From a virus: a stretch of DNA of 64,000 bases. Within the stretch, counting starts at the first letter, position 1. Every line of letters starts with the position of its first letter. The translations under genes and the position numbers were made by a program. Below, in pieces: positions 38,851 through 46,664 of the stretch. Below the pieces are notes generated by a model, which saw nothing but the letters and a program-made list of their open reading frames with translations, made no database searches and had not been told where the DNA came from. The stretch covers positions 32,001-96,000 of IMG/VR virus record IMGVR_UViG_3300022752_003639; one strand, written 5' to 3'.

Positions 38851-41010
38851 ATGTTATTAAGACAATTATTTGAAAATACGTCAACACCTAAAACCGCAGT
38901 GTTAGGATGGGGTAGAGGTATGGGACACAAAGGTCATATGCTATTGGCCAAAGCTGTACTGCATCATGCTCAAGAAAATCAAGCTAAACCTTTCTTTGTG
39001 GTCAGTAGAACTAGTCTAGTAGATCCTAGCACAGGTCAACCCTGGGCAGATAAACCCACATTTACCAAGACCAAAGATGATCCTCTTACACCAGACGAAA
39101 AACTCAATACTTATCGCAAGGTATTCCCACAAAATGCAGAAGTATTCAGTGTGGCCACGGCAGATGCTACTAAGTTAGAACAGGTCATGGCAAAAATTGC
39201 CCGTGAAGGATTTAATAAAGTCATATTGGTTGTAGGTGAAGACCAAAAAGACTCAATGGGATATCTAACTCGTCCTGCTAAATCAACAGGCGTTCCACCA
39301 TATAAAGAAGCAGGAATAGATCAATTAGAAATTATCAGTAGGCAAGATACTACAGAACCCAGCAGTATGAGAGGCAGTCCAGAATATCAAGAAGGACCTA
39401 GAGCCACACCTATGCGGCAGGTCCTAATGGATCCCTCAAAGAGTGAACAAGAACAATTTGCCATATGGCGCAGAGACATGCCAGATAATTTAAGTGATGA
39501 AGAAGTCATGGATCTCATGCTCAAGGCTAAACAGCGTATGAGCATGGTTCCTGCTGGTAAGCGTGGCGTAAAAGAACGTATGCTACCACCTAGCACATTT
39601 GCAGGCTATCCAAAAAACAAACTTGGCGCTGCTGCTCATTTAAAAGGTAAAATGAAAAGACCTGCCAGAGCAGGTGATCTTGTAGGTGATGCTCAAGAAA
39701 GTATAGAAGAAGATTCATACAAAATTGCCCCCGGAGATAATTTATCCACTTTGGCTAAGAAATTTGGCACAACGGTAGATGCTCTAATGAAGGCCAATCC
39801 ACAAATAAAAGATGCTAATCGTATACAAGCAGGCGCTACACTAAATGTTCCTAGTCAAGGCAGTGATCCTAAAGGTTCAGTAAGATCCGGTCCTAACACA
39901 AATATCAGGCCAGATACAAGAGCAAGAGCACAGGCACAGGTAGCACCTTTAGACAAACCTAAAGCATCAATACCGCAAAAGTCTAATGCCTTACAAGAAC
40001 CTGGATTCATGGAAAAACTAAAACAGGTTGCAGACAATCTACAGATTAACGCAAATGATTTATTAGGTGTAATGAAACATGAATCACGTATGAATCCAGC
40101 AGCAGTGAATCAGCAATCAGGTGCTACAGGACTAATACAGTTTATGCCACGCACAGCGCAGAGTCTAGGAACTTCAACAGACGAACTCCGCACCATGAGT
40201 GCATTAGACCAATTAGATTATGTAGAGCGTTATTTTAAACCTATAGCAGGCAAGGCCAAAGACATAGGTGACCTATATATGTTTACATTCATGCCGGCAG
40301 CAGTGGGCAAACCAGATGACTTTGTAATTGGTGTAAAGAATGGTGACAAACCTTTGTTTGGTCTGAACCAAGGAAAATTATATGCTCAAAATTCAGTATT
40401 CGACAAAGATAAAAAAGGATATTATACTGTAGGTGATATCAAATCTCGTGTATCTGGATTTGCTGAAGGTGTAGAAGAAGGTTGGAAATCTAAACTAGCA
40501 GGACTTGGATTAGCGGCTGCTGCGGCTATGGCGCCAGGTAAATCAGATGCTAGAGTAAACATAGATGACCCAGATAGTTATCGTGCTCCGGCTCCTATAG
40601 CACAGCAACAAAAAATAGACTACACAGCACCCGGTCCTGTTACAAAAGACAGCATGGGACAGAAATTAGAGTATGGTATTCCTGTTACTCCAGACGGCAA
40701 ATTTAAGGCACCTAGTCAAGATTTACCAGACGACGAATATGCTCAACAGTTAAAAGCCTATAAGACATGGAAAGCAGACTTTATGTCTAGGTGGCCTGAC
40801 GCAGTATGGAATAGTGATGGTAGTGCGAAATCTAATATGAAACCAGGTCTAGCACCTATGGCGCCAGGATATAAACCGGGCAGTGGACAAGGACTAGCAC
40901 CTGTATTTCCGGGTGCGGTTAAAGAAGATAAATTTGTACCACTCAGTGAGGATGTAGCCAGTATCTACAAGAGTTTATTAGACACAATTTTAATTAACGA
41001 ACAAAAATAA
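38851..41010 (+). CDS. multidomain protein: HxGH nucleotidyltransferase-like domain, LysM, lytic transglycosylase (SLT)
   Basis: GRGMGHKGH, VVGED, RATPMR; LysM YKIAPGDNLSTLAKKFG (about 39718-39852); SLT HESRMNP, GATGLIQFMP. Confidence 0.8.
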   Translation: MLLRQLFENTSTPKTAVLGWGRGMGHKGHMLLAKAVLHHAQENQAKPFFVVSRTSLVDPSTGQPWADKPTFTKTKDDPLTPDEKLNTYRKVFPQNAEVFSVATADATKLEQVMAKIAREGFNKVILVVGEDQKDSMGYLTRPAKSTGVPPYKEAGIDQLEIISRQDTTEPSSMRGSPEYQEGPRATPMRQVLMDPSKSEQEQFAIWRRDMPDNLSDEEVMDLMLKAKQRMSMVPAGKRGVKERMLPPSTFAGYPKNKLGAAAHLKGKMKRPARAGDLVGDAQESIEEDSYKIAPGDNLSTLAKKFGTTVDALMKANPQIKDANRIQAGATLNVPSQGSDPKGSVRSGPNTNIRPDTRARAQAQVAPLDKPKASIPQKSNALQEPGFMEKLKQVADNLQINANDLLGVMKHESRMNPAAVNQQSGATGLIQFMPRTAQSLGTSTDELRTMSALDQLDYVERYFKPIAGKAKDIGDLYMFTFMPAAVGKPDDFVIGVKNGDKPLFGLNQGKLYAQNSVFDKDKKGYYTVGDIKSRVSGFAEGVEEGWKSKLAGLGLAAAAAMAPGKSDARVNIDDPDSYRAPAPIAQQQKIDYTAPGPVTKDSMGQKLEYGIPVTPDGKFKAPSQDLPDDEYAQQLKAYKTWKADFMSRWPDAVWNSDGSAKSNMKPGLAPMAPGYKPGSGQGLAPVFPGAVKEDKFVPLSEDVASIYKSLLDTILINEQK

Positions 41011-41020
41011 ATATATTATT

Positions 41021-41458
41021 ATGAAACAACTAATAGAAATAGCTAAAATTGCTTTTGCCAGTGAATTCAGTTTTTACTTAAAAGCACACCAATTTCATTG
41101 GAACGTAGAGGGTGAAGATTTCTTACAATATCACGACTTATTCGGTAAAATTTATGAAGAAGTATATGGAAGTATAGATGATTTTGCAGAAAAAATTCGC
41201 AGCTTAGGGTCTTACATGCCAGGCAGTTATACACGTTACAGTATGTTGAGTAAAATAGAAGATGAAGATCAAATACTTCCTAAAGATCAAATGGTATCTG
41301 AACTTATGAAAGATAACGAACGAATGTTAATTATTTTCAAACAGGTGTTCGATGCCAGTGAAGCTGAACATGAACATGGATTTAGTGATTTTATAGCAGG
41401 ACGTATGGACGCTCATCGTAAACATGGATGGATGTTAAGAGCATCAATGAAAAGATGA
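41021..41458 (+). CDS. dps: Dps/ferritin-like DNA protection protein
   Basis: KAHQFHWNVEG, HDLFGKIYEE, DDFAEKIR, HRKHGWML; TAAATA at 41008-13. Confidence 0.9.
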   Translation: MKQLIEIAKIAFASEFSFYLKAHQFHWNVEGEDFLQYHDLFGKIYEEVYGSIDDFAEKIRSLGSYMPGSYTRYSMLSKIEDEDQILPKDQMVSELMKDNERMLIIFKQVFDASEAEHEHGFSDFIAGRMDAHRKHGWMLRASMKR

Positions 41459-41796
41459 GAGCTAAAGAATTTATAAACGAAGATAAAGAAAAGAAAATTC
41501 GTATGGCATCGAGATTATCTCTACCATATGCGCTAAGATTAGATGGATCTGATCAATATTATGATTTTTACAGATTAGGATTGGCCATGGCAGGAGCTCC
41601 TGAAGACGGAACTCCGAAAGAAGGTCCAGCCAAAGATTCCCCTACTATTTGGCCATATTCCGATGCAGATGCACAAAAGGTAGAAAAAGCACTTAAAAAT
41701 CAAGGTGCGACCGGTAAGGTAATTATAAAAAAAGGTAAGAGTGAAGAACTGCCTTCAACAAACACAGTTAGCCCCGTAGCACAATGGATGAGATAA
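41455..41796 (+). CDS. putative head-internal protein (paralogue A)
   Basis: MRAKEFINE start, ATGA-coupled; ends TNTVSPVAQW. Confidence 0.75.
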   Translation: MRAKEFINEDKEKKIRMASRLSLPYALRLDGSDQYYDFYRLGLAMAGAPEDGTPKEGPAKDSPTIWPYSDADAQKVEKALKNQGATGKVIIKKGKSEELPSTNTVSPVAQWMR

Positions 41797-42176
41797 TGAG
41801 AGCAAAGGAATTTTTGCAGGAAAGATCTGCTAAAACACATGGTAAATTTACAAGTTTATCAGCAGACGCAGATGCGGCACTTCCTGGTGTATGGGTACAA
41901 AGACAATTAAGAAATACTGATCCATATATGCAATATAGATATGCACTTGCTGTGGCAGCAGCAAGGGCAGATAAAAGTGGTGAAATAGAATTTAAACAAG
42001 AAAGTCCATGGGCTGAAAATTTAACCATAGTAGGATATACTCCAGAAGATGCAGATGTTGTTTCCATGGCAGATAAATTAATGGGAGTCAAAGGTACACG
42101 TATTGCTGATGATAAAAGTAAAGAACCTAAAGATACAAACACCGTAAGCCCTATACCAAATTGGAATAAATCATGA
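41796..42176 (+). CDS. putative head-internal protein (paralogue B)
   Basis: MRAKEFLQE start, TAATG-coupled; ends TNTVSPIPNW. Confidence 0.75.
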   Translation: MRAKEFLQERSAKTHGKFTSLSADADAALPGVWVQRQLRNTDPYMQYRYALAVAAARADKSGEIEFKQESPWAENLTIVGYTPEDADVVSMADKLMGVKGTRIADDKSKEPKDTNTVSPIPNWNKS

Positions 42177-44974
42177 GCGAATATAAGAAAATAACTACAC
42201 CCACTTTAACTCGTTTCGTTCTAGAAACTATGACCGCAGGTGCCACAGGTTCTGCAAATATTGCCACATCGATGGGCACTATAGGCAAGACTATCAAGCG
42301 TCAACAAGAAGCCAAAGATGACAAGGTGCCTCAAAAGCCACGTCAAGGTCCCCTACGCCCACAGACAGGTGCAGGCGCACACAAAGATAAAAAGCGAGAT
42401 CAAAAACAGGGCAAAGAAAAACATCGCAAGCCTTTCTATGAGCAACATACAGATCATGAAGTGGAAATGGCGCAGAGTGATACATACCAGTTGGCCAAAC
42501 AGGCTGCAGAACTACATAAAATTCTAATGCGTGCCAGTGAAGAGCAGGGTCTAGAAGGTTGGCAACAGGCTAAGATCACAAAGGCAGCAGACTATATCAA
42601 TGCTGTCTACAAAAATCTCAATCACGATGTAGACATGGACGGTCATATTGGTGAGCAAGCTCTATCAGAATTAGAAAAACCCAGCGGAACACTTTATATA
42701 ATATTATTAAGAGACAGAACAGAATCTGTTCGTGTAGTAGGAGACTTTGGGACATTTCCAGCAGAAGTGCAGGCCCGTGCCAGCAAGGTAGGTATTAAGG
42801 ATAAAGAAGGTCGCAAAGAGCGTCCTCTAAAAGTTAATTTTCTAATGACTAGTGCCAGCCAGGCTCTAGCAGAATTAGACAAAGCACTAGCAGATGTAGA
42901 TTTTATCGGCGGAGAAAAGGCCGAGTTCGTATTTAAAAATTCTGCTTTTGAAACAGACATAGAAGATGAGGTGAGGGAACTAAATGATCTAATTCGAAGT
43001 GGTGCGGACGAAAGATTTAAGAACTATGAAGAACCAGAAGTAGGTTCCGAACCAGAGACCAAACCTAAAGGTGTAGATCATTTTGTTGTTGGTCCAGATG
43101 GCAAGCGTCGTCGTGTGCCTATACCAGGAAAGCCAAGTAGTCAAATGGGAGGTCATGCTGTAGAACAACCTAAAACATTTACCTACCAACTTAAGAAAAC
43201 AGAACTAGGTCCTAAACTACGCTCAATGGGCTTTAAGGTAGATGGTAGTCAAATTGTATTGAGCAAACAACAGCGTGATCAATTACTGGCAAAAATGGGT
43301 GATCAACAGTTCGGACAGATATTCGGCCAGGGTGGTAAGTTCACAGAAGGTGGCTATGACGATCAGTTTAGCCTCGGAGGCAGACTAGAAAGAGACGACG
43401 ATTTTCGCAATAGAGAACGCAATGCTGGAGTTGAACATGAAAGAAATAACTACCAGGTAAGCATAAATGGTAGGCCTTGGAAAGTGTTTGCCGATCAAAG
43501 GCAAGCTATGAATATTGCTAGAAGTCTTAAAATGAAAGGCAAAGAAGTAGAAGTTTATCCTACAGGAGCTAGGCCCTCAGAAAGCGTGGGAGAGGCAGTG
43601 AAGAAACCTAATGCTACTACTCGTCATTTAAGAGATTATCCAGTTAGTGATAAGGACGTGGCCAAGCCTGTTAAGAAACCTGAAAAGAAAAAACCAGAGC
43701 AAGGTGTGGCGGAAATGGACAAGAGCCAACCCAGCCACGGTCGTGATGGTAAGATTAGCCACAGCACCTATGGTTCAAGAGATAAAGAAGGTTCTGACTA
43801 TTTCAAAGGTAAGGAAGTTTCTGTTAAGCCTATTACCGTAAAGAAGATGGAAAAAGACGCACTTGATATTCTCAAGAAGCAAGGTGTGGCGGAAGGCTCA
43901 TTGGAAACTGACAATATGGTATCACATATTAGTCAGGTAATACAAAGCATTTATCCACGCGGTGGTGATAAAAATACATATATGAAACTGGTAGCCCGAG
44001 AAATGCCACGTATAGTGAAAGCCAATCCTAAACTATTCAGAAGAGCATTCGGTATGGCATATGATAGATTCTTTCATATAGACCAAGACGACGATCAAGA
44101 TGACGATTTTGATTATACTGATCATAGTATGCGTAAGGGTGAGCGTGGTATGGCGGAAGTCAGAGGCAATATTGATGCTGATCAAGCAGGATTTTATGTT
44201 GTCGACGAGGACGGAAACGCAGTTTCTGGTCCATTTGCTTCTAAACAAGAAGCATACGAACGAGCAGCCGAAATGGGTCGTATGTATGATGTAAAATATA
44301 AAGGTGATATAATACCTTTAGATTCGTTAATTAGTAAAATAATAAAGACACTACCACCAGATGTAACAAGTGATGATCTTCAGGACCCAATGGATCTTGA
44401 GCAACAATTAGAAATACTAAGAAGTCCATTAGTAAAAGTATTTTCTAAATTATCACCTTACGAACAAGCCGAAGTCACAGACGAAGTAGCGAATTATTTT
44501 TATGACAGAAGATTTGGTGATTTAGATGAAGGAAAGATCAAAGGTGTGGACGGTAAAGCCTGCTGGAAAGGCAAGCGTTATGCTGGCAAGGTCAAGAAAG
44601 CAGATGGCACCTACAAAGACAAATGTGTAGAGGATGTAGTAGAAGCACTAGAAGAAGTTAAAAAAGGTCTTTACTACTATGTGAACAAGCGTAAGAAGGC
44701 AGGCACCAGTAGACCAGCCAGCCATCCAGATGCTCCAAGTCCACAAGACTGGAAGAACGCTGCCAAGACTGCTAAGAAAGAAGATACCTATTCAGAAAGT
44801 CTGTTGAATCAACTGGATGCACTGTTAAATGAAAAGGCACCTCCAGGTGACAAGTATGAGCGTATGGTCAAGCATATTAAAAAAGGCTATAGCAAAGACG
44901 GCAAAATTACAGACAAAGAACGCAGCATCGCATATGCTACAGCATGGAAGGCTAAAAACAAGGCAAAAAAGTAA
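42173..44974 (+). CDS. large modular putative head-internal polyprotein
   Basis: 933 aa; many short charged modules bounded by Glu sites (GVAE, GMAE, LDE, LNE). Confidence 0.75.
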   Translation: MSEYKKITTPTLTRFVLETMTAGATGSANIATSMGTIGKTIKRQQEAKDDKVPQKPRQGPLRPQTGAGAHKDKKRDQKQGKEKHRKPFYEQHTDHEVEMAQSDTYQLAKQAAELHKILMRASEEQGLEGWQQAKITKAADYINAVYKNLNHDVDMDGHIGEQALSELEKPSGTLYIILLRDRTESVRVVGDFGTFPAEVQARASKVGIKDKEGRKERPLKVNFLMTSASQALAELDKALADVDFIGGEKAEFVFKNSAFETDIEDEVRELNDLIRSGADERFKNYEEPEVGSEPETKPKGVDHFVVGPDGKRRRVPIPGKPSSQMGGHAVEQPKTFTYQLKKTELGPKLRSMGFKVDGSQIVLSKQQRDQLLAKMGDQQFGQIFGQGGKFTEGGYDDQFSLGGRLERDDDFRNRERNAGVEHERNNYQVSINGRPWKVFADQRQAMNIARSLKMKGKEVEVYPTGARPSESVGEAVKKPNATTRHLRDYPVSDKDVAKPVKKPEKKKPEQGVAEMDKSQPSHGRDGKISHSTYGSRDKEGSDYFKGKEVSVKPITVKKMEKDALDILKKQGVAEGSLETDNMVSHISQVIQSIYPRGGDKNTYMKLVAREMPRIVKANPKLFRRAFGMAYDRFFHIDQDDDQDDDFDYTDHSMRKGERGMAEVRGNIDADQAGFYVVDEDGNAVSGPFASKQEAYERAAEMGRMYDVKYKGDIIPLDSLISKIIKTLPPDVTSDDLQDPMDLEQQLEILRSPLVKVFSKLSPYEQAEVTDEVANYFYDRRFGDLDEGKIKGVDGKACWKGKRYAGKVKKADGTYKDKCVEDVVEALEEVKKGLYYYVNKRKKAGTSRPASHPDAPSPQDWKNAAKTAKKEDTYSESLLNQLDALLNEKAPPGDKYERMVKHIKKGYSKDGKITDKERSIAYATAWKAKNKAKK
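43698..44158 (+). repeat. dispersed direct repeat AGCAAGGTGTGGCGGAA encoding QGVAE
   Basis: Exact 17-mer at 43698-43714 and 43878-43894; variant GGTATGGCGGAA at 44147-44158. Confidence 0.85.
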
Positions 44975-45014
44975 GTGAGCAGGAACCAGAAGATCCGACC
45001 ACGGATCCTGCTCA
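44965..45014 (+). promoter_or_regulatory. candidate programmed -1 ribosomal frameshift signal
   Basis: In-frame A_AAA_AAG (44965-71) right before TAA; stem TGAGCAGGA(44976-84)/TCCTGCTCA(45006-14). Confidence 0.65.
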
Positions 45015-45204
45015 GAAGATAAAACCAGTCGGGCCACAACCTAAACTAACACCTAACATGCCTCTAGATACATGGGTAGATAGATTTAAGAATGAAAAGA
45101 ATGTGTCCAAATATAAACAGTTTAAAAACAAGAGTCCGGAAAAACGTGAACAAATGGCCTGGGCTGCTTACTATGACGCACATGAACCAAAAAGGAATGC
45201 ATAA
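44971..45204 (+). CDS. 77-aa -1 frame extension of the 933-aa protein
   Basis: Open -1 frame VSEQEPEDP...WVDRFK...QFKNKSPEKREQMAWAAYYDA...; stop TAA overlaps the next ATG; no start codon before ATG 45058, which lacks an SD. Confidence 0.65.
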   Translation, partial: VSEQEPEDPTTDPAQKIKPVGPQPKLTPNMPLDTWVDRFKNEKNVSKYKQFKNKSPEKREQMAWAAYYDAHEPKRNA

Positions 45205-45623
45205 TGAGATCATATATTGCCATAGTTGAAGCGTTGAATAAGGGCTGCCCTGTGGCCACATATAATCTAGATGTTAATCTAAAAAATCGTCAAAAGGCCA
45301 TAGATGAATATCATTATGGTCCTGCTAATCCAGATGATGCCGGCGACTACTGGAAGAAGGCTGCTGCAAGATGGAATATCACAGAAAAAACTGCTAAGAC
45401 TATGAAGTGTGGAAATTGTGCTGCCTTTGATGTGTCTGATAAAATGCGTAAGTGTATGGAAGATGGTATCAAGGGGGACGACAAGGCTGTAGACAGTATG
45501 GCCACAATCGAAAAAGCAGATCTAGGTTATTGTAACTTCTTGCACTTCAAATGTGCCGGAACTAGATCATGCACAGCATGGGTCACAGGCGGGGTAATAG
45601 ATAACAAAGATAGAACTGAGTGA
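45204..45623 (+). CDS. Cys-rich hypothetical protein
   Basis: CPVAT, KCGNCAAF, GYCNFLHFKC..TRSC; N-terminus MRSYIAIVE. Confidence 0.8.
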   Translation: MRSYIAIVEALNKGCPVATYNLDVNLKNRQKAIDEYHYGPANPDDAGDYWKKAAARWNITEKTAKTMKCGNCAAFDVSDKMRKCMEDGIKGDDKAVDSMATIEKADLGYCNFLHFKCAGTRSCTAWVTGGVIDNKDRTE

Positions 45624-45633
45624 TTAATGCACT

Positions 45634-46248
45634 ATGTTTACAATTTTAAACACACAGTTTGTAAGATATTTAGAAATAAGTAAACCCATAGATGACAATT
45701 TATTTACAGAAGAAAATGTTCGCTACTTTGACAATGACGGTTTTCAATTAAGTTTATTAGAACAAGAATACTACAAGGCTAATCATGTGCCTGTAGTTAA
45801 TACCCTAAATCGTGCAGGTGATAGGCCATTATGGATGACCTGCAATCATACATCATTTTATCTCGACCATAGTATGACTCCCCAGCGTTGGTGCTATGTA
45901 GCAGAAGCCAAGGAACAATTAACGCATTATATCAAAAAGTTTCCTAGTTTAATAAAATATATAAATCTAAAATCTAAATGGGGATTAGACTTTGCCCTAG
46001 AATACTATGATGACACAGAGGCATTAGAAATTCTACACATAGAATTTGACTTTAGAAATTACTACCAAGCCGTGCTTATGAAACAAGAACTTGAACAAAA
46101 AATATCTAGCACAGACTGGGCAGATTTTAAATCACGATTAATCAACAAAAAATCATATTGGGAAAACCTACAGGGCCTTGATCAGAACGACTGGAAAGCC
46201 AAATTCTGGGGTTTACCAAAGGCCGAAAAAACCTACAAAGTTATTTGA
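45634..46248 (+). CDS. hypothetical phage protein
   Basis: 204-aa ORF; FDNDGFQL, KWGLDFALEY. Confidence 0.75.
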   Translation: MFTILNTQFVRYLEISKPIDDNLFTEENVRYFDNDGFQLSLLEQEYYKANHVPVVNTLNRAGDRPLWMTCNHTSFYLDHSMTPQRWCYVAEAKEQLTHYIKKFPSLIKYINLKSKWGLDFALEYYDDTEALEILHIEFDFRNYYQAVLMKQELEQKISSTDWADFKSRLINKKSYWENLQGLDQNDWKAKFWGLPKAEKTYKVI

Positions 46249-46272
46249 CTTTACCTATAAAGACTGTATAAT
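46245..46272 (+). promoter_or_regulatory. sigma70-type promoter
   Basis: TTGACT(46245-50)-16 bp-TATAAT(46267-72). Confidence 0.6.
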
Positions 46273-46291
46273 TAAAACACAAGGAGATCGT

Positions 46292-46567
46292 ATGAGTAGA
46301 GCATTCGGGGCACCGGAACAAGCAAAAATTAAACAGATTGTAGCAGAGGGGGTTACAGTTATGCAGGAAATTCAAGACCTTACAGAAGGCCTAAATGATA
46401 CAATTAAAGCAGTTGCAGAAGAATTAGAAGTTAAACCTGCAATTATAAAAAAGGCTATTCGTATCGCCATGAAAGATCAATGGGATCAAGTATTCAGAGA
46501 ATTTGATGATCTTGAAACTATTGTAGATATCAGCGGACATGCCAATCGAAGAGAAGACAATGTTTAA
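46292..46567 (+). CDS. small dsDNA-binding protein (T4 DsbA/GapR-like)
   Basis: AAGGAG SD; LNDTIKAVAEELEVKPAIIKKAIRIA helical pattern. Confidence 0.6.
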   Translation: MSRAFGAPEQAKIKQIVAEGVTVMQEIQDLTEGLNDTIKAVAEELEVKPAIIKKAIRIAMKDQWDQVFREFDDLETIVDISGHANRREDNV

Positions 46568-46664
46568 TTGGATTAAAAAAATTATTGCCGACTATCGTAG
46601 GCGTAGGCAAATAAAGAAACGTATAGAAGAGCTTAAAAAGCGAGATCCGTTTATCTACAAATGA
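46560..46664 (+). CDS. 34-aa basic peptide
   Basis: Read manually: MFNWIKKIIADYRRRRQIKKRIEELKKRDPFIYK, coupled to the next gene. Confidence 0.65.
   Translation: MFNWIKKIIADYRRRRQIKKRIEELKKRDPFIYK

Noticed and set aside
45058-45204. Independent 48-aa gene starting at ATG 45058
   Set aside because: No SD precedes it, and the upstream heptamer and hairpin explain the open frame better. Not fully excluded.
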